NCBI GenBank assembly: GCA_019057475.1
Contig: DXJO01000018.1
Coordinates: 66,348 to 130,347, forward strand
Reading direction: 5' to 3'
Source of the DNA: Candidatus Thorarchaeota archaeon
GTDB lineage: Archaea; Asgardarchaeota; Thorarchaeia; Thorarchaeales; Thorarchaeaceae
Length of the DNA stretch: 64,000 nt
A program made the translations under genes and the position numbers. The notes under the pieces are model-generated. The model had not been told where the DNA came from, did not search any database, and saw nothing but the letters and a program-made list of their open reading frames with translations. Every line of letters starts with the position of its first letter. The first letter of the stretch is position 1. Positions 1 through 10,844 of the stretch are shown here, piece by piece.

Positions 1-901
1 CGTTCACGTAGCGATAGGCCTGATAGGCAGCATGGACTCCTTCAGCCACGCCAGTTATCGCCTGCTTGAATTCAGTATCTACAACATCGCCAGCTGCAAA
101 CACACCAGCCACATTCGTGCGGCTTGATCGGTCAATGATGATTTCGCCCTTCTTGTTGACCTCTACGCCCACCTTCTTCGCCAAGCCGGACATCGGTATT
201 CCTCCAATTGCTACGAATACCCCGTCCAGCTCAAGCGTATCCGAGCCGTTATGAGGACGATCGAGCTTCACACCTGTGACTCGGTCATCGCCCATGATTT
301 CAGTAATGTTGGTCTTCGTGATGACCTCTATCTTTGGCTCGTTTGCAATCCGTTTTGCATTGACTGGTTCAGGGCGTATCTTTTCTTTTCGATAGATGAG
401 GTACACCTTGTCACTATACTTCGCAAGCAGTAGAGCCTCCTTTGCTGCACTATCACTTCCGCCTACGACAGCAGACACCTTGTTCTTGAAGAGCGGGCCG
501 TCACAGAGAGCACAGTAGCTCACGCCCTTGTTCTTCAGCTTCTCATGACCAGGAACCTCTAGTTCCCGTTCTTTCATTCCGGTCGCCACAAGAACGCTCC
601 TGGCAAGGTAGGTCTTCTTGTCAGTAACAACATAGAAGCAGTTCTCTTTGCACTTGAAGAGGTCCTGAACAGTTCCAGTTTCAAAGTAAGCTGGATAGTC
701 AAGAGCATGAGCCTTGAGATTCTCAGCAAGCTCTTTGCCTGTGAGTTGGCTGAATCCAGGGTAATTAGAAACATCATCCGTGAGAGTAATAGTTCCTCCT
801 TCCAAGTCGCCAATAACGGCTACCTCAAGCTCGAGCCGTGCTGAATACATGGCAGCACTATACCCAGTGACTCCGGCTCCAATGATAACTAGATCGTACA
901 T
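1..901 (-). CDS. trxB: Thioredoxin reductase (3' end runs off the window)
   Basis: Manual translation from ATG at 901: MYDLVIIGAGVTG (FAD-binding), NYPGF, SYCALCDG redox motif, VVGGSDSA, GVFAAGD. Absent from the ORF track because it is truncated. Confidence 0.95.
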   Translation of the reverse strand, partial: MYDLVIIGAGVTGYSAAMYSARLELEVAVIGDLEGGTITLTDDVSNYPGFSQLTGKELAENLKAHALDYPAYFETGTVQDLFKCKENCFYVVTDKKTYLARSVLVATGMKERELEVPGHEKLKNKGVSYCALCDGPLFKNKVSAVVGGSDSAAKEALLLAKYSDKVYLIYRKEKIRPEPVNAKRIANEPKIEVITKTNITEIMGDDRVTGVKLDRPHNGSDTLELDGVFVAIGGIPMSGLAKKVGVEVNKKGEIIIDRSSRTNVAGVFAAGDVVDTEFKQAITGVAEGVHAAYQAYRYVN

Positions 902-905
902 CTTG

Positions 906-1148
906 CTAACCTCCAAGTCTGCGACCTAGCCGTCGCTCTACGCGTCTGTCAAACCCGACGAAGACATCCTCACCCACTACAGTCACGGGGATTGCCTTAT
1001 GCCCAGTGACCTTAGCAAGCTCCTCGAAGGTTTCAGGATTTGTTAAAACGCACTTCTCTTCATATTGCACACTCTTCTCCTTCAAGAACTCCTTGAGTTT
1101 CTTCGAGTGGGGGCATTCAGGTGCAGTGTAAATTACAGCCGTTGCCAT
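906..1148 (-). CDS. Glutaredoxin/NrdH-like redoxin (CPHS)
   Basis: MATAVIYTAPECPHS...AIPVTVVGEDVFVGFD; start moved to ATG 1148; directly upstream of trxB. Confidence 0.85.
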   Translation of the reverse strand: MATAVIYTAPECPHSKKLKEFLKEKSVQYEEKCVLTNPETFEELAKVTGHKAIPVTVVGEDVFVGFDRRVERRLGRRLGG

Positions 1149-1430
1149 TGTATTGAGCCTCACGAAATCGCTGTTGCGCAGCGGAAACAGCGAAATGCGA
1201 CTAGAAACCAATAGGGAAAGCCCACCCACATATAGATTGTGAAAGGACTCTGAGAGCGCAATTGCAGAACGAAGAATCCCGACCAAGTACACATAATAAA
1301 GCTCCTAGCCATCCTAGTATGGCCCAAAAAATTCCCTACCACTCATTAGCATGCCCCCCAGCAAACGTATCGATATCAGGACTGTCAACAATTCAAGAAC
1401 CGATAGCTTGGATTCAAAGGAGACGGTGAA

Positions 1431-3992
1431 GTGGCAGAAGACGCTAAAACACAGGCTTCATTGAGGGAGAGCGAGGAGAAGTTCAGACAGCTGTTCCATC
1501 ACTCCAATGACGCAATCTTCATCCATGACCTTTCTGGGAAGACTATTGACGTGAATCAGAGGGCATTGGAACTCTTTGGCTACACAAGAGAAGAAGCCCT
1601 CAAACTGAACGTTTCCGCATTCGTGCCTCCAGAGTACATGAACGACTCAGAAGACCCTTACGAAGAGATAGCGAAGAAAGGATTCCTGAGAATCGAGGCG
1701 AACTTCAGAAAGAAGAATGGAGATGTTTTCCCTGGAGAGCTGTCTGCAAGTCTGTTTCAGATTGCAGGCAAACCTGTAATCCAGGGGATTGTACGGGATA
1801 TATCTGAGAGGCATCAGTCTGAACTAGCACTCCGAGATAGTGAGGAGCGGTACAGGACTATCATAAGCTCGATGTCTGATACTGTGTTTGTCTACGACAA
1901 AGAGAATCGTCACGCCCAGATTTACGCTTCCGAAGAGAGTCTACTTTATGCCAAACCGGAGGACATCCTCGGCAGGCGCGTTGATGAGGTGTTACCAGGA
2001 GAAGTAACCAGTCTACTCGTAAGCTGCTTGAAGAGAGTAAGAGAAACGGGCGATAGTGAGAGTGTTGATTATTGTCTTGAGTTGGAAGGAGTAGAGCATT
2101 GGTTCTCAACACGCATGAGTCTTCATGAAGACGGTGAGAGCGTTGTTGCAGTCGCGCGAGATATAACGAAACGAAGACAGGCGGAAGATGCTAGAGGTGA
2201 ATCTGAGAAGACGTATAGAACTCTCTTTGAATCCGCCAACGATGCCATCTTTCTAATGAGGGATGACATCTTCATCGAGTGTAATGACAAGACCCTTGAG
2301 ATGTTCGGTTGCACTAGGGAACAAATCATTGGTGAACCACCATACAGGTTCTCCCCAGAACACCAACCTGATGGAAGGAACTCAAAGGAGAAAGCATTAG
2401 AAAAAATTGGTGCGGCCTTCCATGGAGAGCCTCAGAGATTCGAGTGGCAGCATATCAAGTACGATGGCACTCCCTTTGATGCTGAAGTTAGTCTGAATGT
2501 TATTGAAATTGAGGACAAACCCGCGTTGCAAGCCATTGTGCGAAACATCTCGGAACGAAAGCGTGCTGAAATGGCTCTTCAGGAGTCAGAAACGAAGTAC
2601 AAGTCGCTACTAGAGCAGGTGACTCTCGGAATAGTAATTCTCCAGGGGACTCCACCACGTGTCCGCTATACTAATCCAGAGATATTCAGAATAACTGGCT
2701 ACGCGCCTGACGAATTACTCGAATTCTCGGACAAAGAAATGGCCCGCGTTATCGACCCCACGGAATTGCAGCACCTCTTCCAGCGCTTCGAAGACAGATT
2801 AGACGGAAAACCAACACCTCAAAGATATGAGATTCGCATGACTCGGAAAGACGGCAAAGAGATTTGGGTCGATTTCACTGCAAGCCTTATCGAGTATGAT
2901 GGACAACCGGCCCTTCAGGGAACGCTTATCGACATAACAGAGAAAAAGATCGCCCAAGATGCTCTAAGAGATAGCGAAGAACTATACCGGCTCCACTTCG
3001 ATAATGCATCCGACGTAATTCTTTCGCTCGGTCTTGATGGAACAATACTGGCTGTTTCTCCTTCTGCAGAGGTCCACGTGGGCTATGTTCCGGATGAGCT
3101 TGTCGGAAAGAAGCTCCAGGACATCGACATTCTAGCTCCTGAGTATTCGGATACAGTCATTTCAGACATGGCCAAGGCCATCACGAACCGGCAAGGCGCT
3201 CGTGCTGTGTACGAGTTCATTCATAGGAATGGGAACAGGTTATGGGGTGAGGTAAGCGCATCACCACTTATCGTTGATGGCAATGTAATTGCCATCATAG
3301 CTGTCATCAGGGACATAACGGACCACATCGAGTCGGAAAGAGAACTGCGAGAGTCAAGCAGAGACCTCGAGCTCTATACATCTCTTCTCCGTCACGACCT
3401 GGGAAACGATCTGCAAGTGATACTTACTCAGACGAAAGCAGCTCAGGTGCTGCACGCAGATGATATTCGGCTCACAGAGCTAGCTGAAGCTGTCAGCGCA
3501 TCTGCACTTAGAATGTCACAGGTGCTTGCCCTCTTTGAACCCCGAGAGAAGAAGAGTGAAGAAAACATCGTGGCAATGCTAGAAACCTGCGCGCTGCAAG
3601 CAATGAAAGCTCACAGGGGTATGGAAGTCATGATCCAAGCCAATCCCTTGGCCCGGAAACAAGAAATTGCTGGTGGCAGATTACTCCCGATGGTCTTCGA
3701 CAACCTGTTGCGTAACTCTGCGCAATTCACAGAAACAGATGTCAAGGTCCACATCGCAGTCACGCGAAAGAAGGACTACGTGCAGATTGACGTGTCTGAT
3801 GATGGGCCCGGAATTCCTAAGGAGATTCAATCGAAACTCTTTGAGCGGGGCACCTCGACGAAAGGAGGAGGACTTGGGCTATACCTCAGCAAGCGTGTTA
3901 TTGAGCACTATGGCGGATCAATAGAACTACTATCTAGACAGAAGTCAAAGAAAGGGGTAGTTTTCCGCATCAAGCTCAAGAAAGTCCAGTGA
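1431..3992 (+). CDS. Multi-PAS (about 5 PAS/PAC) sensor histidine kinase
   Basis: Repeated SEERYR...RDI(T/S)ER PAS units; H-box LRHDLGN; [13 protein letters not shown] and GGGLGL ATPase boxes. Confidence 0.93.
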   Translation: MAEDAKTQASLRESEEKFRQLFHHSNDAIFIHDLSGKTIDVNQRALELFGYTREEALKLNVSAFVPPEYMNDSEDPYEEIAKKGFLRIEANFRKKNGDVFPGELSASLFQIAGKPVIQGIVRDISERHQSELALRDSEERYRTIISSMSDTVFVYDKENRHAQIYASEESLLYAKPEDILGRRVDEVLPGEVTSLLVSCLKRVRETGDSESVDYCLELEGVEHWFSTRMSLHEDGESVVAVARDITKRRQAEDARGESEKTYRTLFESANDAIFLMRDDIFIECNDKTLEMFGCTREQIIGEPPYRFSPEHQPDGRNSKEKALEKIGAAFHGEPQRFEWQHIKYDGTPFDAEVSLNVIEIEDKPALQAIVRNISERKRAEMALQESETKYKSLLEQVTLGIVILQGTPPRVRYTNPEIFRITGYAPDELLEFSDKEMARVIDPTELQHLFQRFEDRLDGKPTPQRYEIRMTRKDGKEIWVDFTASLIEYDGQPALQGTLIDITEKKIAQDALRDSEELYRLHFDNASDVILSLGLDGTILAVSPSAEVHVGYVPDELVGKKLQDIDILAPEYSDTVISDMAKAITNRQGARAVYEFIHRNGNRLWGEVSASPLIVDGNVIAIIAVIRDITDHIESERELRESSRDLELYTSLLRHDLGNDLQVILTQTKAAQVLHADDIRLTELAEAVSASALRMSQVLALFEPREKKSEENIVAMLETCALQAMKAHRGMEVMIQANPLARKQEIAGGRLLPMVFDNLLRNSAQFTETDVKVHIAVTRKKDYVQIDVSDDGPGIPKEIQSKLFERGTSTKGGGLGLYLSKRVIEHYGGSIELLSRQKSKKGVVFRIKLKKVQ

Positions 3993-4067
3993 AGCCAACC
4001 TCCATTTGTGAACAGTCTTAAGCGAAAAACTCGTCAGCTCGCACAGCCATATTTGGGAGATATCAAG

Positions 4068-4544
4068 ATGGACAAGAAAGAAACTCTCGAATTCATTGAC
4101 AAACAAATCAAACTAGAGATGCGCATTATTGAGTTGGTCGAGGAGAACACGTCAAAGCTTGGCAACGCATTCGTGAAGGATTTGTTGCTTGGAATCTCGC
4201 AAGACTCGAAAAAACACGCAGCCCTGCTCAAATCTCTGAGGAAAGCCGTAGATGGGCCAACTCCATTCATCAGCGAAGATGAGAGGGATAAGATTGCTGA
4301 GGGCATCAAGGAGCATATCAGACTTGAAGCAAGTGCAGTCAAGACCTATGGCGAGCTAATTGAGAAGAGCGACAATGATCAGGTAAAGACTATAGCGGCC
4401 ATGATTCGTGAGGATGAGATACGACACCACAGCCTTCTTCATGAGTTTCACAAAACAATGATCGAACCAGAAACACTGACTGAGGACATGATTTGGGATG
4501 TTCTTTGGAAGGATTCCCCTTGGAAGGGCAGTCCAGGCGGTTAG
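4068..4544 (+). CDS. Ferritin-like/rubrerythrin-type four-helix protein
   Basis: DSKKH and EDEIRH di-iron-type motifs in two repeated helical halves. Confidence 0.75.
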   Translation: MDKKETLEFIDKQIKLEMRIIELVEENTSKLGNAFVKDLLLGISQDSKKHAALLKSLRKAVDGPTPFISEDERDKIAEGIKEHIRLEASAVKTYGELIEKSDNDQVKTIAAMIREDEIRHHSLLHEFHKTMIEPETLTEDMIWDVLWKDSPWKGSPGG

Positions 4545-5255
4545 TTCCATCGTATCAAATGGCAACCGGCGTCCACAAGATGCTCCTCGCATCACTCCTT
4601 TCAAGTCCTACAGCACAGGCTTTTTAGCCATAGTTATCATTGATTTTTTGGCTTCATTTCGTCAATAGACGCATTTCCCAGCACATAGGGACAATTTGAC
4701 GAATTTCAGAGTTATCATAGGTACGCAAGTTATCATTCCATCTACAATGAGAACTATTACTGCGCACAAGCATCAATCCTCAGGAACACGCTTGCGTCTT
4801 AGAAGCCTTCGTAACAAGCGTTCTGTTGGACTGATCTTGATTCTGAAGCTTTACATCTTGTTCAGAATGTAGAAAATGAAGCACATAGGTTTGCTCAGCG
4901 CCATCATCACAAGCTGAGAGAGAAGAAAGTGAGATAAAGGAAACGATGTCAACACCTAGTACATCGCGAAAGACTCTGAGAATTGACAAGAAGAAGGAAA
5001 TCGTTCGGATTGATATTTTCGATGATTCTGATGCTAAGCAGACAAATTCTGAAGTAACGATGGAGCCTTATATGATAAGAGGATACGAAGAAGGGACCAT
5101 GCAGGAAGAGAAAGCAAGTTTCAAGGAAATCTTAGATTGGATCCATGACGAGCCCAAAGACGAGATTGATCATTCTCATCAAGCCGCTCTTGGTCAATCT
5201 GTGGATGTGGGAATCGCTGAGCGTAGGGAACACTACTATTTATGAGGAAATGATA

Positions 5256-6560
5256 ATGATAAAAGATTTCAAAGGAAAGGTTGCAGTCATAACAGGAGCA
5301 GGGAGTGGCATTGGGCGAAGTCTTGCTCATGCCTTTGCAAAAAGGGGAATGAAAATTGTAATTGCAGATATAATTGAGAATAAATTGAATTCTGTTTCAC
5401 AAGAATTGGAGAAAATGGGAGCTGAAGTATTATCTTTGGTTATCGATGTATCCAATCGTGATGATATCAATAAATTAGCAAATACTGCCTATGAACGATT
5501 CGGCAAAATAAACATCTTGTGTAATAATGCTGGTGTTGGAGGTGGTAGCCATATGCAACTTTTAACCTTAGAGGATTGGGATTTTGTGTTAGGAATTAAT
5601 CTATTTGGTGTTATTTATGGGACTAAGGCTTTTTTGGCTCATATGTTAGCACTTGGAGAACCATGTCATATTGTAAATACAGCTTCAGTTGCAGGTTTGG
5701 CGCCAGCAGAAAGTGGTCCATATTCTGTTTCAAAATTCGGTGTAGTAGCACTTAGTGAAATGCTTCTAATACAGAATTATAATACAAATATTGGTGTGTC
5801 AGTTCTTTGTCCAGGTTTTGTTGATACAGATATAATCAACAATTCAGAGATTATTGCACAAACACGTTCAGGATTGTTTCAACCTACCCCCGAGATGGTT
5901 GAAGCAGGTAAAATTCAGTCAGAGAACCTTACAAGACTATTCAAATTTGGTATGTCTCCCGATACTGTTGCGGAAAAAGTGATTAAAGCAATTGAAGAAA
6001 ATATCTTTTATATAATTACTCACCCAGATTATTTACCTCATATACAAGAAAGGTTTGATAGAATTAATTCTGATTCGGTGCGATTGAATAAACATTTTCC
6101 TGAAAAAAAGACAGGAATTATAACAAAAAGATTTGATCAAATCACACCGACATTTTCAATCACTTATCCTGATAAATGGATTGAAATGAAACCACCATTG
6201 ATTTTTTACCCAAATCTAATTTTCGCCACTTCATTTCCTGGACAGAATCTAGAGGTCTGGGTTAGAGATGTTCCACCCAATATGCTTTTAGAAAATGCAA
6301 CAAAAATTTGGTCTGATGCGTTAAAGAATTTTGTAAAAGAAGTAAAAATTATTTCTGATAACCAGACAAAATTAAAGGATGGAACTCCAGCTAACGAAGG
6401 ATTAACTGAACATCTAACATTTGGATACAACATTAAAATGAACGGTATACATCTTTCAACATTCAAGGAAAATAAATGGATTAGTGTATATCTATATACT
6501 TTAGCCAGTATCTATAACGAAGATCTTAAAAAAATCGTATATTCATTAGAATTTAAATAA
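5256..6560 (+). CDS. Short-chain dehydrogenase/reductase with an extra C-terminal (PsbP-like) domain; AT-rich
   Basis: TGAGSGIG, NNAG, YSVSK; GAGGA upstream of the ATG; C-terminal FSITYPDKW domain. Confidence 0.88.
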   Translation: MIKDFKGKVAVITGAGSGIGRSLAHAFAKRGMKIVIADIIENKLNSVSQELEKMGAEVLSLVIDVSNRDDINKLANTAYERFGKINILCNNAGVGGGSHMQLLTLEDWDFVLGINLFGVIYGTKAFLAHMLALGEPCHIVNTASVAGLAPAESGPYSVSKFGVVALSEMLLIQNYNTNIGVSVLCPGFVDTDIINNSEIIAQTRSGLFQPTPEMVEAGKIQSENLTRLFKFGMSPDTVAEKVIKAIEENIFYIITHPDYLPHIQERFDRINSDSVRLNKHFPEKKTGIITKRFDQITPTFSITYPDKWIEMKPPLIFYPNLIFATSFPGQNLEVWVRDVPPNMLLENATKIWSDALKNFVKEVKIISDNQTKLKDGTPANEGLTEHLTFGYNIKMNGIHLSTFKENKWISVYLYTLASIYNEDLKKIVYSLEFK

Positions 6561-6744
6561 CTGATTAGAATTCTTTTTCTTCCGACCGGATACAGATATC
6601 CAACCTGAGCCGCTGACGCCTTCAGATCGTATTCTCGTTTTTGTTTCTTTGATTTGCTCATGTCAATCAACTCGATGTATCTGCGTTATACAGCGACACA
6701 GGCACACCTAAGGTCTCTTACCTAGTCATTGCTTATTTGTCCGG

Positions 6745-6810
6745 TTGTGGGTGATAACCACGAATGACAATCTTGATGCGCTGCGCTTCTACCAAAGGCG
6801 GGGCTTCAGA
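6745..6810 (+). pseudogene. GNAT acetyltransferase C-terminal fragment
   Basis: VWVITTNDNLDALRFYQRRGF is a GNAT C-terminal motif; no N-terminal part present. Confidence 0.65.
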
Positions 6811-7108
6811 CGGGAATCAAATCAAACGAAACTCTGGTTCAGATTGTTCTGCACATTCAACAGGCTAGTTGCTCGCCTTCGTGGTTCTGTCGGTTGGGGT
6901 CCTATGGGATACCTGTTCAATCGCACCTACAATGTTCAGAATCTCTTTAGTGCATGGTGGAGGCATTCATGTTCAAATGGAAATCATTATAGATGCTCTG
7001 ATGCAGCGTTATCGCCAGAGCAGCAAGAAACTGCGGAACGGGTTAGTTCATGGCTGATAGTAACACTATAATTCAGCCATAGTTAATTATGACAACTAAG
7101 GTGACATC

Positions 7109-8122
7109 TTGGCTTCTTCAAAGACTTATGACACGATAATCATTGGCGGTGGTCCCGCAGGTGCTTCAGCCGCGCTGCATCTTGCATATCACAAACGGTC
7201 AGTCTTAGTTCTGGATCGCGGGACAAGCCCCATGCATTTCCATACAAACAGCATCTACAACTTTGCAGGTTCTGGCACATACAATGAGGGCAGGTCTCTG
7301 CTTCGTCAGATGGAGGGAGTTGCGCAATCCGCAGGAGCAAAACTCAAGGCAGCGAATGTAGTGGAGGTGTCCGGTCGATACCCGAAGTTTAAGGTCACCA
7401 CAGACTGGAGTCCTCGAGCCAGGGATAAGTCTGAATACATTTCCAGGACCCTGATATTCGCAACCGGAACTGCGCGCAAACATCCACTCGTAAACGGCGA
7501 ATGGATGAATTGGCTGCCTGTCGCCAATGTCGGAAATGGTGCATACTACTGCCCAGACTGTGAGGCACCACTATGCAAAGGTAAGGATGTTCTGGTGGTC
7601 AATGCTGGGACGGTGGGTAGCGCTCTTCATGTTGCCAACACACTGACACGGTTTGCCAAGAAGATTCGCATCCTGATGACCGAAGATGCCTATGCACCGA
7701 TAGAGGGTCAGGACCTCACTAAGCTAGACAAGTCACCGTTCGAATGGGTCAAAGGCACAATCAAGTCGATAAGTTTTCTGCGACCGAGTAGAGTGCAATC
7801 AGTTACCCTAACAAATGGTGAAAAAATACGAGCGAATGTCTTCTTTGTGGCTCATGTGGCAGTTCCAAGGTCTGAGCTTGCACAGCAGATTGGAGTGGAA
7901 GTGGACCCGCGAGGGAACATTCTCACTGACAAGCGGGGCAAGACCAACAAAGAAGGAGTCTGGGCAGCTGGTGACTGTCGCCCAATAACACAACAAGTGG
8001 CAATGGCAACAGGAACTGGCAATTACGCAGCACTCATGATAAACCAGTTCTTGGGCAATGAGTACGAGAAGGACCGATTATTCGATCATCCTGATTGCCG
8101 CGGACTCATTCATCCCGATTAG
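7109..8122 (+). CDS. TrxB-like FAD/NAD(P) disulfide oxidoreductase
   Basis: IIGGGPAG, FATG, YCPDCE, GVWAAGD. Confidence 0.9.
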   Translation: MASSKTYDTIIIGGGPAGASAALHLAYHKRSVLVLDRGTSPMHFHTNSIYNFAGSGTYNEGRSLLRQMEGVAQSAGAKLKAANVVEVSGRYPKFKVTTDWSPRARDKSEYISRTLIFATGTARKHPLVNGEWMNWLPVANVGNGAYYCPDCEAPLCKGKDVLVVNAGTVGSALHVANTLTRFAKKIRILMTEDAYAPIEGQDLTKLDKSPFEWVKGTIKSISFLRPSRVQSVTLTNGEKIRANVFFVAHVAVPRSELAQQIGVEVDPRGNILTDKRGKTNKEGVWAAGDCRPITQQVAMATGTGNYAALMINQFLGNEYEKDRLFDHPDCRGLIHPD

Positions 8123-8205
8123 TCCAATCTCGACCCCAAAAGATATGCTTAAAAACAAGTTGCTTCACTATAGTTAATAGTGTGAATCTTTTTGGAGTGC
8201 TTAAT

Positions 8206-8682
8206 ATGACAAACAACGACAAACTCCTAGCAATACTAGAAAAACAGATTGAGGTGGAGAAGCGCACCCTCGACATGCTCATTGAGGCCGAAGAGAGCTT
8301 TGGGGAAACTGCAGTACGTCTCGTCTGTATGGAACTTCGCCTAGACACTTTGAAACACGTGAAGTTTTTGGAAGGCATGACAGAGATGCTAACGACTGCT
8401 CCGTGCAATACATGGTCTGCAAAGATACAGCGCTACGTGGACAGAGTCAAGTTGGAAAGAATGATTGGCAACCTTGTCCAAGAAGAGGATATGATGGCTG
8501 ACCTTTATGGGGAAGCACTCGCTGAAATCAATGACCCGATTGCAGAGCTGCTTCTATTGCACCTCAAGGAAACTGAAGAACGGCATAGTCAAGATCTGAA
8601 GAAGATTATTCGCATTATTCAGACGGCCCCATTGCAGTCAGTGAAAGCTGAGAAGGGAAGTGACATTGTCTGCGAGGATTGA
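8206..8682 (+). CDS. Ferritin-like four-helix protein
   Basis: DTLKH and ETEERH motifs; same architecture as 4068..4544. Confidence 0.7.
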   Translation: MTNNDKLLAILEKQIEVEKRTLDMLIEAEESFGETAVRLVCMELRLDTLKHVKFLEGMTEMLTTAPCNTWSAKIQRYVDRVKLERMIGNLVQEEDMMADLYGEALAEINDPIAELLLLHLKETEERHSQDLKKIIRIIQTAPLQSVKAEKGSDIVCED

Positions 8683-8722
8683 GAGGAAGCCACATCCAAA
8701 CCATTAAGGAGAACCATGGAAA

Positions 8723-9232
8723 ATGCAGGCAATTGAAGTGAACCCAATGCCAACACTCAATGATGTGACAAAAGATGCCCCGACTGTGAATCAATATATC
8801 GACAGAATGCCGATAGGTCATCGCGGCGGCTTCGTTAGACAGCGTGATAGCTATGAGCTTGACATGAGCATTGTTGAGAAACTAAGGATACATGCTAACG
8901 ACCACGAGGTTGTGGCCCTGTTCGCAAACTGGTGCAGTGACTCGCGCAAAGCCATACCCGTGCTTGCTCACCTAGAAGACAAGATAGGGCTGAAGGTTCG
9001 TGCTCTTGGGGGAATGACAAAGCCATCCTGGGAGGAGAAGAGAAAGAACCCGGGCATGAACTGGGCGATTCCTCCTAGTCCAAGAGAGGTTGAAACACTA
9101 AGTGTAACAAGTAGCCCGACTATCATCATCTTCAATAGCTCCGGAGAAGAAGTGGGCAGAATCAAGACAAGGCCCAAGGTTGAGAAGACCGTTGAAGCAG
9201 AGATTCTCAGAATCATTGAAGATAGCGAATAG
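8723..9232 (+). CDS. Thioredoxin-family protein (WCSDS)
   Basis: ANWCSDSRKAIP, SPTIIIFN..GEEVGRI. Confidence 0.8.
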   Translation: MQAIEVNPMPTLNDVTKDAPTVNQYIDRMPIGHRGGFVRQRDSYELDMSIVEKLRIHANDHEVVALFANWCSDSRKAIPVLAHLEDKIGLKVRALGGMTKPSWEEKRKNPGMNWAIPPSPREVETLSVTSSPTIIIFNSSGEEVGRIKTRPKVEKTVEAEILRIIEDSE

Positions 9233-9317
9233 AGGGTAGTAAACAGCTGGTGCAAAGTTGGACATACCTGGACAATTCCATTGAGGGCTTTATATAGACC
9301 AATACGACATTGATTTC

Positions 9318-9404
9318 TGAGGAATACGACATACCTGTAAAGGTTCCTCACGGAGTAGTCCAGTGCCGTTTTCTGGACGTACTAGACTTCGGTGTCCAAC
9401 TTTG
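9318..9404 (+). ncRNA. Candidate small structured RNA
   Basis: TATA-like TTTATATA (9289-9296) between convergent genes; stems tgaggaa/ttcctca and agta-gtccag/ctggac-tact; GTAA (GNRA) and cTTCGg tetraloops. Confidence 0.4.
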
Positions 9405-9411
9405 TACAACC

Positions 9412-9421
9412 TACAATGAAC
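9412..9421 (+). repeat. Putative attL core TACAATGAAC
   Basis: Identical to 42512-42521. Confidence 0.5.
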
Positions 9422-9512
9422 CGCAACCTAAAGTTGACAGTTTACATTTTGAACTGATATCATTGTTCGCGTAGTTCTTTCCTACTCGCTACCACTTCTT
9501 CTCACGCTCCCT

Positions 9513-9674
9513 CTACTCTACATCAAGAACCTCAAACTTGACTCTGCCGCACTCCGGACAGCGCCAGGTTGACGTAAGACTCGGCGGATCATCCATTGTT
9601 TCAGTTGACTCTCTTTTCATCTGTACTCTGCAGTCGTCGCAGAGGAACGCCTCGGGATCAGAGGCATCTCTCAC
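9513..9674 (-). CDS. Small Zn-ribbon protein (53 aa)
   Basis: Manual translation: VRDASDPEAFLCDDCRVQM...WRCPECGRVKFEVLDVE, two CxxC motifs. Confidence 0.65.
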   Translation of the reverse strand: MRDASDPEAFLCDDCRVQMKRESTETMDDPPSLTSTWRCPECGRVKFEVLDVE

Positions 9675-9693
9675 TTCCAAGGCATATTGAGAA

Positions 9694-10434
9694 CTAAAGC
9701 TTCAGATCATGCATCTCTAACCATTTCTTTCCAAGTCGCTCTCCTGTTTTCTCAACTTCTTCTAATGTGGGTTCCCTGCCGGACCTACGGGCATTTCTTT
9801 GGAAGGCCTGCCGAATGAGAACTGGAATTGTCTTTCTCCACAAGTCAATGTCTGAATGATACTTGAAATCGGGGAGGGCTTCTGTCTGGAAATTCTCAGA
9901 CAAGATGCGAGCCGCGTGCCATATTTTGCCAATATTCTTTATGTCCTCCTTCTCATCCCGACCAGTGCTAAAATCTGTGAAGCCAATCATGTATGGCTCT
10001 GCTAGCTGCATTAGAATGAAGTTCTTACCATCATATACAGCATAGTTTGAACAACCAATCATGACTGTGTAATTGTATGCTTGCCTAAGATATGCGCCAT
10101 AACTCACTGATAATCTTGAGAATTTTCTAGTCTTGATCTCTATTACAAGAGCTGGTTTGATCTTAACGCGGTCGAATTCAAGCTGTAAACTTGTTAGTAA
10201 GACAATATCTGCTTCCTTGGTTTTGCCATCATCACGAATTGTTGCCTCTATTAGCACATCCTTTGCGCTCCAGGCAGGAACAGGCCCTCTGGGTATTATG
10301 CGTTGGAGGTGTATTGCTTTGTTACGAAGCAACCGATACAACTCTGCTTGTATGTAGATCTCTTTGGCCTTTGTTGCGCTTATGTCTAGCAAGTTTAATC
10401 CCCTCTGATTGTTCCCCCGTTCATTGAAACTCAT
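9694..10434 (-). CDS. PD-(D/E)xK nuclease, HsdR N-terminal-like
   Basis: EADIVL...VIEIK...QAYNY...YAVYDG. Confidence 0.7.
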   Translation of the reverse strand: MSFNERGNNQRGLNLLDISATKAKEIYIQAELYRLLRNKAIHLQRIIPRGPVPAWSAKDVLIEATIRDDGKTKEADIVLLTSLQLEFDRVKIKPALVIEIKTRKFSRLSVSYGAYLRQAYNYTVMIGCSNYAVYDGKNFILMQLAEPYMIGFTDFSTGRDEKEDIKNIGKIWHAARILSENFQTEALPDFKYHSDIDLWRKTIPVLIRQAFQRNARRSGREPTLEEVEKTGERLGKKWLEMHDLKL

Positions 10435-10631
10435 GATTCATCACGGATTTACATTAATATGTCTTCATGTTCTAAGACTCACTTCTGGGTTGGTTACATG
10501 AGGAGGTTGCGGACCAGGTTAAAATTGAGAAAGCTCTCGTCACAGAAGAGTTTGGTGAGTCCCAGGAGTCCATCACAACTGTTGCCGTCGGGTGAGACGC
10601 TCTCCTAGAGGAGCCGGGTCTTGACTTTTGT

Positions 10632-10844
10632 CTATCTCCTCTCTTCCTCTCTTTCCCTCAAGGCCTTTCTGAGTTCCTCTAAGTCTAAGTTGACTCTTTG
10701 TTCATCGTACTGCGGCTCAGGCTTCTGACGAACACCAGTCCTTAGTCTGGTGTTGAGGTGTCTGAGTGTGAGTCTTCTCCTCTAGCGCCTGAGTTCCCTC
10801 TTGAACTCACGCCAGACTTCTCTCTGTCCCTCGAACCTCATCAT
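10632..10844 (-). pseudogene. Arg-rich 70-codon ORF with an internal TAG
   Basis: ATGA overlap with the upstream gene; TAG at 10782-10784, then the frame stays open to 10632. Confidence 0.5.

Noticed and set aside
66-813. ORF-track calls 66..254, 251..433 and 574..813
   Set aside because: Shadow or alternative frames of trxB. Most other short antisense ORFs in the track were dismissed for the same reason.
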